This document shows, one piece after another, positions 10,203 through 21,057 of a DNA stretch of 64,000 bases (positions are counted from its first letter, which is position 1; each line of letters starts with the position of its first letter). The DNA lies in NCBI GenBank assembly GCA_944393465.1, contig CALYAG010000008.1:6990-70989 (forward strand). The letters run 5' to 3'. Source of the stretch: an uncultured Clostridia bacterium (GTDB lineage: Bacteria > Bacillota > Clostridia > TANB77 > CAG-508). The position numbers and the translations under genes are program-made. The notes below the pieces were generated by a model, which saw only the letters and a list, made by a program, of their open reading frames with translations, had not been told where the DNA came from and made no database searches.

Positions 10203-10877
10203 TTAACTCAATTTTACAATCTTTGCATCAACACTATCATTATCTGAACTAACATAAATTTTAATATCTTTACCAGTATTATTTGTAAATTTTAAATCTA
10301 AACCGCCACTATAAGAAACCGCGGCATCTTTGCCTTCTTCAATATAGGTAACCTTTTTCTTGTGTGGGTGACGCTCAGTAATTTCAATTCCTTCTACTTC
10401 CAAAGCAGCATTATAAATAGTAGTACTTACTTGGCAATTACCACCGCCATAGCCTTTTTCAACTTTTTTATCAACAATAACGTCGGCCTCTTGGTAGCCT
10501 TTTTCAGCAGAAGGCTGACCAACGATAGAATTAAAAGAAAAACTTTCTCCATTACTTATAGTAGTGCCATTAATAGTATTACAAGTAATATTTATGTTGT
10601 TTAATCTTGCACTATCACCACTTAAATTGGTAGAAAAAGATGCTATTTCAGTTTCTACAGGAGCAACCGGAGTTCTTACAGTATTGTTTGGAATATACGT
10701 ATTATTAATTTCGTTGATTATATTTTGCTCAGACATATTACCTTCGGAATTATTTAACAATTCATTATTGTTTTGATTTGACTGTTTTTGAACAGTATTA
10801 TTATAAAACATATAAATTCCAAAACCAATCGCTATTACAATTATAATTAAAACTATTGTAATTATCGTTTTTTTCAT
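10203..10877 (-). CDS. VanW-family protein
   Basis: N-terminal TM anchor. The C-terminal VanW domain contains GYGGGNCQVSTTIYNAAL. Start taken at the internal MKKTIITIV. Confidence 0.75.
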   Translation of the reverse strand: MKKTIITIVLIIIVIAIGFGIYMFYNNTVQKQSNQNNNELLNNSEGNMSEQNIINEINNTYIPNNTVRTPVAPVETEIASFSTNLSGDSARLNNINITCNTINGTTISNGESFSFNSIVGQPSAEKGYQEADVIVDKKVEKGYGGGNCQVSTTIYNAALEVEGIEITERHPHKKKVTYIEEGKDAAVSYSGGLDLKFTNNTGKDIKIYVSSDNDSVDAKIVKLS

Positions 10878-11220
10878 AAAACACCATCTCTTTCCAAGGC
10901 ACACATAGTTATAAAAGTAAATTCCTTTCAAACTATACCATCCTTTTCTATGTAAAAGTAAGAAAACATTATTATTTTAACCTAATTTATTATTTTTATT
11001 AAAATATTGAATATATTCAAAAATTTAACAAAAATGTTGATTTCAAAAAGTGTTTTTTAGTTGAAAAAAGAATACAAAGGCTAACTGAAAAGAATACAAA
11101 TTTGACTTTACGATAAATCGATATTGACAATTTTATAGAATTTATTTATAATATAAATATGTTAAAAAGTTAAAAAATAAATTTTTATATAAATTATTTG
11201 TGAATTGAAAGGACATTTTT

Positions 11221-11454
11221 ATGGCAAGTAAAGTTTGGAAAAAACTACTTTTTATAATATTAGTTATAGCATGTTTATTTAATATAACACTAAAATTAGT
11301 ACAAAGAAATTCTTTTAAAGCTGAATTACAGTCTTCTGCACAATATGTGCAAGATTTAAAACAGGAACAAAATCAAGTTCAAGAAAATGAAACAGCGCAA
11401 GGTGGAACAATAACTTCACAAAATGAAATTAACATAATGAATATTATAAATTAA
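11221..11454 (+). CDS. Small membrane-anchored hypothetical protein
   Basis: 77 aa with an N-terminal TM helix, followed by a terminator at 11461-11495. Confidence 0.4.
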   Translation: MASKVWKKLLFIILVIACLFNITLKLVQRNSFKAELQSSAQYVQDLKQEQNQVQENETAQGGTITSQNEINIMNIIN

Positions 11455-11601
11455 CTTTGATAAAATAATCAACTTTTGTAGTTGATTATTTTTTTTTCTT
11501 TGTATATAATTTTGAAAGAAAATTTTGGATAACATTGATTAAAAACGGCTTAGTTACTTAACTGTAAAATACAATAGATTCAGAAAGGATGAAATTAGCA
11601 A

Positions 11602-13326
11602 ATGAAAAAAATTAACAGCATTATTCAAAAAATTATTCATAACAAATATATAGGATATATTTTAATATTTTTACTTTCTTGTATTATAATAGCACCTATT
11701 TTTTCTATGGATTTAACACAAAATAATGAAGCAAAAATTCATATGGCAAGAATTTTTTCAATTGATTCAGTATTAAAAGATGGGGTTTTTCCACCAATTA
11801 TAGATTATAAATATATTAATGGGTTTGGTTATGCACTAAATTTGTTTTATGGACCAATAACAACATACATACCTATTATTTTGTTAAACATATTTGGAAC
11901 ATCAGGTTTAGCACTAAAAGTTTTTGCTTTTTTTACAGTATTTATTTCAGGCATAACAATGTACAATTTTATTTATACTGTTACTAAAAGACGTTCTATG
12001 GCAACTATAGGAGCTCTTGTTTACATATCTGCGCCTTACAAATTGTCTAATATCTTTTCAAGAAGTGCAGTAGGAGAGTACACAGCTTTTATTTTTATAC
12101 CTTTAGTATTTGAAGGACTTTACAATATATTTAATGATAAAGGCAAAAGTTATTTGCTAGGAATAGGCATAATTGGGCTTATACTTTCGCATACAATTTC
12201 TACTGTTTATGTTGCGATATTTGCTTTTATATATTTACTTTTAAATATTGATAAACTAGGAAAATGGAAAGTCTGGAAAAAATTACTGATAAATTCATTG
12301 GTGGCTTTAATAGTTTGCATGTTCTATTTAATTCCACTTTTTGAACATTATATTGTTGGAAATTATACAATTTTTGATACAATAGCTATGCATTCAAATT
12401 GCCCAGAGGTTTATACTACAACTTTAGGATTTAAAGACTTATTTGCAAGTGAGTTTGGAAATCAAGAAATTAGATTTTCACTTGGAATAATGACATGTAT
12501 ATTGACTCTACTTGGAGTATTTTGTTACAAAAAAATAAAAAAGGAATATAAAAATACATATTTATTCTTTTTACTTCTGGGTATAATTGCATTAATAATG
12601 TCTAGCAAATTATTTCCATGGTTTTTGATGCCAAGCTTTATGGGAGTAATACAATTTGCGTGGAGAAATTTAGGCTTTTTTGCATTTTTTATTTCATTCG
12701 TTTGTGGAATAAATGCAGTAACATTTGCAGAAAAAATTTTGAAAAAAGAAGTATTAAAAGACACTTTTTTATTTGCTGCCATTATTAGTATATGTGTATT
12801 TGCTTCCTTGGGAGTAATGAGAGATTGGAAATTTGGAGATTTAGAAAATGAGAAAAAATTTGATGATGGAATTAGAGATACAGACAGAGTTTACTTCTTT
12901 AGTATAAATAGAGATTATTTGCCTATTAATTCGTTAATGAATGAAAATTTCTTAGTGAATAGAGACAACTGTACTTATGTACTTGAGGGCAAAGCTACAA
13001 TCAACAGCGAAAATAAAGTAAAATTAAAGGACACTGTACAATTAAGCAATGTAGAGGATAATACAATTATAGAATTACCGTATATTTATTATTTGGGATA
13101 TAGTGTGGAAGTGAAATATGATAATAATGACTATGTTAATGTTAAGCCATTTGAATCTGAAAATGGTATGGTGGCAATTAAGCTAGACCAATGCGAGTCA
13201 GCTACAGTAAATGCTGAGTACAAAGGAACAATCCTTGATAAAGTAGGATATGCAATATCATTTGTTGGTGTTATTATGCTAATTGTAATGATTTATGTGG
13301 AGAGGAGAAATGAATTATTATATTGA
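11602..13326 (+). CDS. Polytopic membrane protein, GT-C-like glycosyltransferase candidate (paralog 1)
   Basis: At least 10 TM helices plus a C-terminal extracytoplasmic domain (ELPYIYYLGYSVE, ESENGMVAIK, YKGT) shared with the next gene. Function is inferred only from architecture. Confidence 0.55.
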   Translation: MKKINSIIQKIIHNKYIGYILIFLLSCIIIAPIFSMDLTQNNEAKIHMARIFSIDSVLKDGVFPPIIDYKYINGFGYALNLFYGPITTYIPIILLNIFGTSGLALKVFAFFTVFISGITMYNFIYTVTKRRSMATIGALVYISAPYKLSNIFSRSAVGEYTAFIFIPLVFEGLYNIFNDKGKSYLLGIGIIGLILSHTISTVYVAIFAFIYLLLNIDKLGKWKVWKKLLINSLVALIVCMFYLIPLFEHYIVGNYTIFDTIAMHSNCPEVYTTTLGFKDLFASEFGNQEIRFSLGIMTCILTLLGVFCYKKIKKEYKNTYLFFLLLGIIALIMSSKLFPWFLMPSFMGVIQFAWRNLGFFAFFISFVCGINAVTFAEKILKKEVLKDTFLFAAIISICVFASLGVMRDWKFGDLENEKKFDDGIRDTDRVYFFSINRDYLPINSLMNENFLVNRDNCTYVLEGKATINSENKVKLKDTVQLSNVEDNTIIELPYIYYLGYSVEVKYDNNDYVNVKPFESENGMVAIKLDQCESATVNAEYKGTILDKVGYAISFVGVIMLIVMIYVERRNELLY

Positions 13327-13365
13327 TTGTAATAATTTATATAGAGAGGAGAAAAGGCTTATTAT

Positions 13366-15348
13366 ATGAAAATGAACAATAATTCTAAAGATAATTTAAA
13401 AAATGAGCAAGAAAATAGTAAAGAAAAAACTTTGTTAGAAAAAATAAAAGCAATTATACATAACAAAAGCTTTATTGCAAGTTTGTTTATAATAATTGTA
13501 AGTATTATTTCGCTAATTCCTATGTTTGATCCAAATTATAATATTCAATTCAATGATGGAGTTCAACATATTTGCAGGCTTATTGGAACAGAGCAATCTA
13601 TAAAAGAAGGCGAGCTTATTCCAGTTATAATGTCAAACTTTTGTAATGGGTTTGGATATTCGTGGAATTTGTTTTATAGCCCAGTAACGGCATATTTGCC
13701 ATTAATATTTAGAATATTTACAACATCTTATGAAATGTGTATGAAATTATTTGTCCTTGCTGTTAGTATAGGTAGTGGATTTGCTATGTACTTTTTTATG
13801 AAAAAATTTTTAAACGGATACGCAAAATGTAAGCAAGAGAATAAAACAAAAGAATGCAATATAAATAATAAGGATACTGAAAAGCAAAAATTTAATTCAA
13901 AACTAGATAATAATAAAATAGAAATGATTGCTATTTTGGCAAGTGTTTTATACATATTATTACCTTATAGATTAAACGATATATACTTGAGGATGGCTGT
14001 GTCAGAATTAGCATCATTTATGTTCTTACCAATAGTATTTAATGGCTTATATAGTATAGTAAATTTAAAAGAAAAAAGCTGGCTACTTGTTTTAGGTGGG
14101 GCAGGAATGCTTCTTACACATAGTATGCTTACAGTATATGTAGTTATTTTCTGCGTCATTTATTTGTTAATAAATATTAAAAAGTTAGACAAAAAGACAA
14201 TCTTAACTTTACTTATCAATGCAGGAATTATACTATTACTTACAGCATTTTATTGGATACCATTATTGCAAGCAAAATTAAGCACTGACTATGAAGTATT
14301 TAATGAGAACCATATGATTAGATGGGATGTAATGATATATTTAAAAGCTATGCCTTCAGAGCTTGCTTTTTACATACCTGGAAGGATGTATTATGGAATC
14401 GGAATATTGGTCATAATTGGCACTGTACTGAGTTTTACAATATTAAAACGAAAAGAAATAGATAGAAAAAACTTTGTATTTTTCTTGATTTGTGGTCTAA
14501 TATCTACAATAATGGCTTTGGACTTCTTTCCATTTGAAAAATTACCAAGCATATTTACAATGATGCAGTTTTCATATAGGATGCTTGAATTTGGAGGATT
14601 TTTCTTGATAATTTGTGCTTCAATAGCAATAGGAATGTCAGCAGATAAATTTAATATTTACACTGTTATGTGCTTAACATGCATATCTATATTATTATTG
14701 TTGCCTAATTTAAAAGAAATACCTAAAGGAAGCTATTTTACGGAGGATGAATTAATAAAAGGAATTCCCGTTATTAGCGAAACTGGCAGAGTTCATGCAG
14801 GTTGTGCAAGTTTTGAATATTTGCCAAACAAAGCATTTGAAAATAGAGCATATATAGAAACAAGGAAAGATGTACCAATAATTTTAAATAAAGATTCCAG
14901 TATTGAAAATTCACAAATAAAAGAAGATGAAAGACAAAATATAGATTCTAAAAATGAGAGTGCAGATAGTAAAAACCAAATTAAGAATTATTATAAAAAT
15001 GGTACAAATTGTAGTTTTGAAATTTCAGCAAATTCTACGGAAAAAGATTTGGAAATTGAGTTACCATATATCTATTATATTGGATATAATGTTCAGTATA
15101 CAGATGAAAGTGGAATTGCACATAAAGTAGAAACATACGAATCAGAAAATGGATTTTTATGTATAGATGTTCCAAATGAAAATATAACTGTAAATGTAAA
15201 ATATACTGGAACAGTGCTTATGAAGGTAGCTTATATTGTATCATTAATTACAGTTTTTGCCTTGCTATTTTTTGCAATATATAGTAAAATAATACAAGAA
15301 AAAACATTAATTTTAGAAAGGGCAAAACAATGTCAAAAGGAACAGTAG
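13366..15348 (+). CDS. Polytopic membrane protein, GT-C-like glycosyltransferase candidate (paralog 2)
   Basis: Same architecture and shared motifs (GFGYSWNLFYSP, ELPYIYYIGYNV, ESENGFLCI, YTGT), with an extra low-complexity insert. Confidence 0.55.
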   Translation: MKMNNNSKDNLKNEQENSKEKTLLEKIKAIIHNKSFIASLFIIIVSIISLIPMFDPNYNIQFNDGVQHICRLIGTEQSIKEGELIPVIMSNFCNGFGYSWNLFYSPVTAYLPLIFRIFTTSYEMCMKLFVLAVSIGSGFAMYFFMKKFLNGYAKCKQENKTKECNINNKDTEKQKFNSKLDNNKIEMIAILASVLYILLPYRLNDIYLRMAVSELASFMFLPIVFNGLYSIVNLKEKSWLLVLGGAGMLLTHSMLTVYVVIFCVIYLLINIKKLDKKTILTLLINAGIILLLTAFYWIPLLQAKLSTDYEVFNENHMIRWDVMIYLKAMPSELAFYIPGRMYYGIGILVIIGTVLSFTILKRKEIDRKNFVFFLICGLISTIMALDFFPFEKLPSIFTMMQFSYRMLEFGGFFLIICASIAIGMSADKFNIYTVMCLTCISILLLLPNLKEIPKGSYFTEDELIKGIPVISETGRVHAGCASFEYLPNKAFENRAYIETRKDVPIILNKDSSIENSQIKEDERQNIDSKNESADSKNQIKNYYKNGTNCSFEISANSTEKDLEIELPYIYYIGYNVQYTDESGIAHKVETYESENGFLCIDVPNENITVNVKYTGTVLMKVAYIVSLITVFALLFFAIYSKIIQEKTLILERAKQCQKEQ

Positions 15349-16652
15349 CAATAATAGGAAAGCCTAATGTTGGAAAATCTACTTTCTTCAATTATTTAGT
15401 TGGACAAAGACTATCAATAGTTGAAGATACTCCAGGTGTTACAAGAGACAGGGTATATGGAGAAACAAACTGGAGAGGCAAAGATTTTACAATAATTGAT
15501 ACAGGCGGAATCGAAGAAAAAGCAAATGATGTAATAAGTTCTCAGATGAGACTTCAAGCAGAGCTTGCAATAGATGTAGCTGATGTAATCGTTTTTATAA
15601 CAGATGTTACAACAGGAATAACACCAGATGATAGAGAAATTGCATTAATGCTTAAAAAATCAAAAAAGCCAATAGTACTTGTATGCAATAAAGTAGATGA
15701 TTTCAAAAAGTTAGAAAACGACACTTATGAATTTTATAATTTGGGACTTGGCACACCTTATCCAATATCATCTGCACACGCCAAAGGCATTGGTGATGTG
15801 CTTGATGCAATATATGAATATCTTCCTGAAAAAGAAAACGACGATGAAGATCAAGAATACATAAAAGTAGCAATAATAGGAAAACCTAATGTTGGAAAAT
15901 CATCTTTGGTAAATAAAATCTTAGGTGAAAATAGAAGCATAGTAAGTAATATTGCAGGAACAACTCGAGATGCCATAGATTCTAAGTTTGAAAATGAGCA
16001 TGGAAAATATATTTTTATAGATACAGCAGGTTTAAGAAGACACAGCAAAGTAGAAGAAAATATTGAAAAGTATAGTGTTTTAAGAACTGAGCTTGCAATA
16101 GAAAGAGCAGATGTATGCTTGCTTATGATCGACGCAAATGAAGGTGTAACAGAGCAAGATACTAAAATTGCGGGAAAAGCACATGAAGCAGGAAAAGCTG
16201 TAATAATTGTTATAAATAAATGGGACGAGTATAACAAAGAAAATGGTACGCTAGAAAATTATACAAAAGATGTATATAATAAACTAGCATATTTATCATA
16301 TGCTCCAATATTATTTATTTCAGCAAAAACAGGACAAAGAGTAGAAAAATTATTTGACTTAATAAATGAGGTTTCAAATAATAATGCAATGCGTATTGCA
16401 ACATCAGTTTTAAATGAACTTTTAGCTGAAGCAGTTGCAATAGTACAACCGCCAACAGATAAAGGAAAAAGGTTAAAAGTACTTTATATGACACAAGTAA
16501 GTACAAAACCACCAACATTTGCAATATTTGTAAATGATAAAAAACTATTTCATTTTTCTTATGAAAGGTATATTGTTAATAAATTAAGGCAGGAATTTAA
16601 TTTTAAGGGAACGCCGATTAGAATTGTGGTAAGAGAAAGGGAGGACAAATAA
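15330..16652 (+). CDS. der: Ribosome-associated GTPase Der (EngA)
   Basis: Two tandem GTPase domains (GKPNVGKST and GKPNVGKSS) and a KH-like C-terminus. Confidence 0.9.
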   Translation: MSKGTVAIIGKPNVGKSTFFNYLVGQRLSIVEDTPGVTRDRVYGETNWRGKDFTIIDTGGIEEKANDVISSQMRLQAELAIDVADVIVFITDVTTGITPDDREIALMLKKSKKPIVLVCNKVDDFKKLENDTYEFYNLGLGTPYPISSAHAKGIGDVLDAIYEYLPEKENDDEDQEYIKVAIIGKPNVGKSSLVNKILGENRSIVSNIAGTTRDAIDSKFENEHGKYIFIDTAGLRRHSKVEENIEKYSVLRTELAIERADVCLLMIDANEGVTEQDTKIAGKAHEAGKAVIIVINKWDEYNKENGTLENYTKDVYNKLAYLSYAPILFISAKTGQRVEKLFDLINEVSNNNAMRIATSVLNELLAEAVAIVQPPTDKGKRLKVLYMTQVSTKPPTFAIFVNDKKLFHFSYERYIVNKLRQEFNFKGTPIRIVVREREDK

Positions 16653-16653
16653 C

Positions 16654-17301
16654 ATGATTTGGGCAATAATTTTAACAGCAATAATAGCATATTTATTAGG
16701 AAGCATAAGCTTTTCAATTATTTTTACAAAAAAATTTGCAGGATTTGATGTAAGACAAAAAGGTAGTGGAAATGCAGGTAGTACAAACGTATTAAGAACA
16801 GCAGGAAAAAAGCCAGCAATATTAACACTTATATGTGATATTCTAAAAGGAGTTCTTGCAGTTGTAGTGGCATTTTTAATGGGAAAAATAGCAAATGCTG
16901 ATGTGTGGAATTCTGCTTTATTAATACAAGTTGCAGGTGTATGTGTTGTACTTGGACATACATTCCCAATATTCTTTGGATTTAAAGGCGGAAAAGGTGT
17001 TGCAACAGCACTAGGTGTATTATTAATTACTAATTGGCAAATAGGCCTAATTTGCCTAGTATTTGCTTTAGTATTAATGGCAATTACTAGAATAGTAGCA
17101 CTTGGCTCAATCGCAGCAGCAATTCTTTTCCCAGTACTATGCTTTTTTATAACAAATAATTTCTTAGTTGGAGACGAATCAACAAGAATGACATATCTAG
17201 TTTTTGGAATAATTATGGCATTAATTGTTATATTTAATCATAGGTCAAATATTCAAAGAATGGCTAGTGGAACAGAAAATAAGTTGATATTTAAAAAATA
17301 A
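16654..17301 (+). CDS. plsY: Glycerol-3-phosphate acyltransferase PlsY
   Basis: GSGNAGSTNVLRT and FKGGKGVAT motifs. Conserved der-plsY-gpsA order. Confidence 0.9.
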   Translation: MIWAIILTAIIAYLLGSISFSIIFTKKFAGFDVRQKGSGNAGSTNVLRTAGKKPAILTLICDILKGVLAVVVAFLMGKIANADVWNSALLIQVAGVCVVLGHTFPIFFGFKGGKGVATALGVLLITNWQIGLICLVFALVLMAITRIVALGSIAAAILFPVLCFFITNNFLVGDESTRMTYLVFGIIMALIVIFNHRSNIQRMASGTENKLIFKK

Positions 17302-17339
17302 ATTAAACAATAAATAAATTATTTTTAGGAGGAACGCAA

Positions 17340-18332
17340 ATGAGTAAAAATGTTGCAGTAGTAGGTAGCGGTAGCTGGGGAATGGCACTAGCTAACCACT
17401 TAGCAGAAATGGGAAACACCGTTAAAGTATGGTCTTTTACAGAAGAAGAGAAAAATTTAATAAATAATGAAAGAAAATGTATGTTTATTCCAGACATGGT
17501 TTTGGATGAAAAAATATATTGCTCAAATGATGTAGTGGAAGTTGTAAAAGATGCAGATTATATATTTCATGTAACACCATCAAAAGTCACAAGAAATGTA
17601 TTTAAACAGTATAAAGATTATGTTAAAGATAAGCCAATTGTAATTTGTTCAAAAGGATTGGAAAATGCAACATTAAAAACTTTAGATGAGGTAATGTTAG
17701 AAGAGATGCCTTCAGCAAAAATTGCAGCATTTTCAGGACCAAGTTATGCAACAGAAGTAGTAAAACATATTCCAACAGCTATAATTTTAGCATCAAAGCA
17801 TGATGATGTTTTAGATGAAGTATCAAGCTTACTTATGAATGAATATATGAGAATATATAAATCAAGAGATGTTGTAGGCGTAGAAGTAGGAGGAGCTTTA
17901 AAAAACATAATAGCTTTTTGTGCTGGAATTTGTGCAGAACTTAATTTAGGAACAAATGCACAATCTGCTCTTATAACTAGGGGTCTAGCAGAAATAACAA
18001 GACTTGGTGTAAAAATGGGAGCTAACAAAGAAACATTTTTTGGACTTTCAGGATTAGGAGACTTAATACTTACTTGCTCAAGTGACGAAAGTAGAAATAG
18101 AAGAGCAGGAAGATTAATAGGAAAAGGTAAAACTATTGAAGAAGCTAAAAAAGAAATAGGAATGACAATTGAAAGTGTAGAAAACATTGAAGTCGCAAAA
18201 AAATTAGCTGAAAAATATAATGTAGAAATGCCAATAGTAAATGCAGCATATGATGTGTTATATAACAATTTAAAGCCAAAAGATGCTGTAAACAAATTAA
18301 TGACAAGAGAAATAAAATTTGAAATGGAATAA
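17340..18332 (+). CDS. gpsA: NAD(P)H-dependent glycerol-3-phosphate dehydrogenase
   Basis: GSGSWG Rossmann motif, GALKNIIA, and the expected synteny. Confidence 0.9.
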   Translation: MSKNVAVVGSGSWGMALANHLAEMGNTVKVWSFTEEEKNLINNERKCMFIPDMVLDEKIYCSNDVVEVVKDADYIFHVTPSKVTRNVFKQYKDYVKDKPIVICSKGLENATLKTLDEVMLEEMPSAKIAAFSGPSYATEVVKHIPTAIILASKHDDVLDEVSSLLMNEYMRIYKSRDVVGVEVGGALKNIIAFCAGICAELNLGTNAQSALITRGLAEITRLGVKMGANKETFFGLSGLGDLILTCSSDESRNRRAGRLIGKGKTIEEAKKEIGMTIESVENIEVAKKLAEKYNVEMPIVNAAYDVLYNNLKPKDAVNKLMTREIKFEME

Positions 18333-18381
18333 AATGAATAAATTTCAAACCTCGCGCAAATACTAGTAGCGAGGTGTTTTT

Positions 18382-19380
18382 ATGAAAAATCAAATTAGTA
18401 AATATTTATTAATTACATTAATGATTATTTTTGCAATTTTATTAATAACTTTAATATATATAAGATTTTTTTATAACAATGAAGCAAAAGAATATGCAAT
18501 TCTCAAAGAAAAAGCAGAAGGAGAAATAACATATTTAGACTCATCTATTATACAATTAATGAATAATTTAAATAATATCACATACTCAAGATATCAAGTA
18601 ACGATAAAAGAAATTAATGAAAGTGAGCAACAAAATAATTCTTCGAGTAATAGTGAAAGTGCGGGTAATGGTTCACAAGTAAAGGAGCAAGAAGACGGGC
18701 AAAAAGAGGAAAATTCTCAAGGAGAAGGTCAAAATGGAGGTAGTGGTTCTAGCAATGAAGAAAGTAGCTCAAATAATAGTAATAATGCATCAGAGAGTTC
18801 AAATCAAAGTGAGTCAAGAACATCAAGACTTGCTCAGATAGATTCATTATTAAATTCAGATTATAATACAATCAAATGGGATGAAATTTCATATGGAGTA
18901 GAAACACTTTATACAGCCTGGCCAAGTATAAACTTAGATATGTCGGCACTTAATGTAAATGAAAGTGATATAGCAAATTTTAGTAGTACATTAGATGGCG
19001 TGGCTCAAGCGGTAAAGGCTGGAGATAAAAACAGTGCACTCATAAATTTATACAATTTATATACATTACTTCCAAAATATTTATCGTATTTTTCAAGTGA
19101 TGAATCTAAATTAAATGTATATAATACAAAAGCATATATTTTGAGTAGTTATGTTTCTGCTAATAGTGAAAACTGGGAAGAAATGAATACAAATGTAACA
19201 AATGCTATAAACACATTATCTAAAAATATGCAATCTGAAGATTTGGAAAATTTAGAAAAATCTACTTTGGAAAAATCATATGTATTATTAAAAGAATTAA
19301 AAAGAGCAGTAGGATTGGAAGATAAAGAAATTTTTTATTTAAAATATAAACTTGCAATGGAACAATTAGAAATACTGTAA
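18382..19380 (+). CDS. Membrane-anchored hypothetical protein with an S/N/E/G-rich low-complexity linker
   Basis: 332-aa ORF with an N-terminal TM helix and a low-complexity region at about aa 80-135. No family recognised. Confidence 0.5.
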   Translation: MKNQISKYLLITLMIIFAILLITLIYIRFFYNNEAKEYAILKEKAEGEITYLDSSIIQLMNNLNNITYSRYQVTIKEINESEQQNNSSSNSESAGNGSQVKEQEDGQKEENSQGEGQNGGSGSSNEESSSNNSNNASESSNQSESRTSRLAQIDSLLNSDYNTIKWDEISYGVETLYTAWPSINLDMSALNVNESDIANFSSTLDGVAQAVKAGDKNSALINLYNLYTLLPKYLSYFSSDESKLNVYNTKAYILSSYVSANSENWEEMNTNVTNAINTLSKNMQSEDLENLEKSTLEKSYVLLKELKRAVGLEDKEIFYLKYKLAMEQLEIL

Positions 19381-19592
19381 TATTATGAAGTGAAAGATTA
19401 TATTTATTTAAAAAGTGCTAAGTTATTAATGCAAATTAAAAAAGAGAATTTATTAATTTTTAAAAATAATATAAGACGGAGTGGTTGAATGTTTTATCAA
19501 TTTTCTCCGTCTTTACTGAATTTAATAGTTATTGTCGTCATTTTTTCTTTAATAGAAAAATTAGGTTTTCCTATTAAACAAAGCACTTAAGA

Positions 19593-19697
19593 CTATTTTT
19601 CTTCGTCTTGTTTTTTCATGTTATTTTGTTCGTTTCCTTTTGGACAATTTTTTGATGAATTCTTTTTGTCTTTTTTGCAATCTTTATTTTTACCCAT
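19593..19697 (-). CDS. Small basic 34-aa ORF (MGKNKDCKKDKKNSSKNCPKGNEQNNMKKQDEEK)
   Basis: Not in the ORF track because it is under 60 aa. Strong GGAGGTG RBS 8 nt upstream of the ATG, with a hairpin terminator at about 19477-19517 downstream. Confidence 0.35.
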   Translation of the reverse strand: MGKNKDCKKDKKNSSKNCPKGNEQNNMKKQDEEK

Positions 19698-19867
19698 ATA
19701 AGGCACCTCCATTTCTATTTGAATTCATTTATATTATTAACTAAATTTGTAAATTTTATACATTATAAAAAAATAAAGGGAGGGGTAAGAGAAAGACACA
19801 ATAGCGTCTAACACTTACCCCGCCCGCAATTGAATGATAGGTCCAGGCAAAAGCTAAAATCTGTTTT

Positions 19868-20968
19868 TTAAGCAGCTTCATGCCTGAATACGATGCCAAG
19901 TTCAGGGTCGTAGTAGTACTCCTCATCAGAGCCCAACAACTCTAACTGCTGACAAAAGTTTACCGTCCCCTTGATTTTCCACTTGCCGTCATGAGGCAAT
20001 ATTGCTCCATCCACAAAATTGCCATGCTCGAATCTCATCAGAAATGGTTCATCAAACTCATAACTGATAAAATAATCATATGTGCAAATGTTGTACGGCC
20101 ACGACATATAGTCTAAAAAAGTTTCATAGTCGATGGGGTAAAGGTAGTTAAAATACGATGTCGGCTTGCCATTTACAAGTAGCACGTCATTTGTGACGCG
20201 TACACACAAGCCATCATCAGTTATCTTAAAACTTCCATCCCATTCATAGTTCTTCCATTCGCTATGAAGTGAATAGTATTCCCATTGGATTATATCATCG
20301 CTGAAGGGAACCCATTCATTTCCGGTTGGAACGTAGATAGCATTATCGATTTTGCCGGTAAAATCATGGATGTTTCCAGTTTGGTCCGTATACGATGGAA
20401 TTTTACTATTGCTTAAATTGAACTGAGCGACATCATCTGCTATAAAGACCAGTTCATCTTCTTCAATCTTGTATAATTTGACGTAATTGTAAGATAGAAA
20501 TGGTCCTTCTTCAGTAAGCAAGACGTCATATCCATAATATGCGCCTGACGGATTTCTTTTGGGCAAAGCCCAAGAGTTAAGCAATTTACCATTGCTCCAA
20601 TAGTTAAGTGTGGCATTTTCAGGAGTAATGATATAAGTGCCGTTGTCATCTGACTCAATCACGTACTCTCGACTTGCCATTGGACTAGGATAGTCAACCT
20701 GAAAGTAGAAACCTTTCTCATCCTGGTAATTGTAGTCAATCATGATTGAACGTCTTTCTTCTGTTACCATAGCAAAATGCCGGCCATTTTGTATGAGACT
20801 GCCGTCCCAGTTTTTGTTGCGGTATTCCTCGTACAGATTCTCGAAAGAATAGTACTCATCTTTGCTTTGCTTGTAATCAATCAGTGAATTGTGCAAGCTG
20901 ATTAATATAATCAGAATGCTTGCAACTATGATGAGATAGTCGACTAATTTCATAGCTCTTCTTGACAT
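19868..20968 (-). CDS. Membrane-anchored hypothetical protein (orphan, higher-GC islet)
   Basis: GGAGG RBS precedes ATG 20968. Minus-strand TTGACC-17-TATAAT promoter at 21044-21072 and a minus-strand terminator at about 19775-19835. N-terminal TM helix. No family recognised. Confidence 0.6.
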   Translation of the reverse strand: MSRRAMKLVDYLIIVASILIILISLHNSLIDYKQSKDEYYSFENLYEEYRNKNWDGSLIQNGRHFAMVTEERRSIMIDYNYQDEKGFYFQVDYPSPMASREYVIESDDNGTYIITPENATLNYWSNGKLLNSWALPKRNPSGAYYGYDVLLTEEGPFLSYNYVKLYKIEEDELVFIADDVAQFNLSNSKIPSYTDQTGNIHDFTGKIDNAIYVPTGNEWVPFSDDIIQWEYYSLHSEWKNYEWDGSFKITDDGLCVRVTNDVLLVNGKPTSYFNYLYPIDYETFLDYMSWPYNICTYDYFISYEFDEPFLMRFEHGNFVDGAILPHDGKWKIKGTVNFCQQLELLGSDEEYYYDPELGIVFRHEAA

Positions 20969-21057
20969 GATTTTTTCCTCCATTTTCAATGTGCGGTTTT
21001 TGCATAGCTTAGATGCTATTGCGTATCGGATTAATACATTAATATTATATCATAATT

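Noticed and set aside
17744-18295. Long antisense ORFs inside well-supported genes (this 183-aa ORF opposite gpsA, and others such as 1159-1527, 2328-2663, 15851-16237, 32756-33094, 60528-60980 and 61751-62050)
   Set aside because: All lie fully inside and antisense to genes with strong family signatures. They lack RBSs and have low-complexity translations typical of antisense frames.
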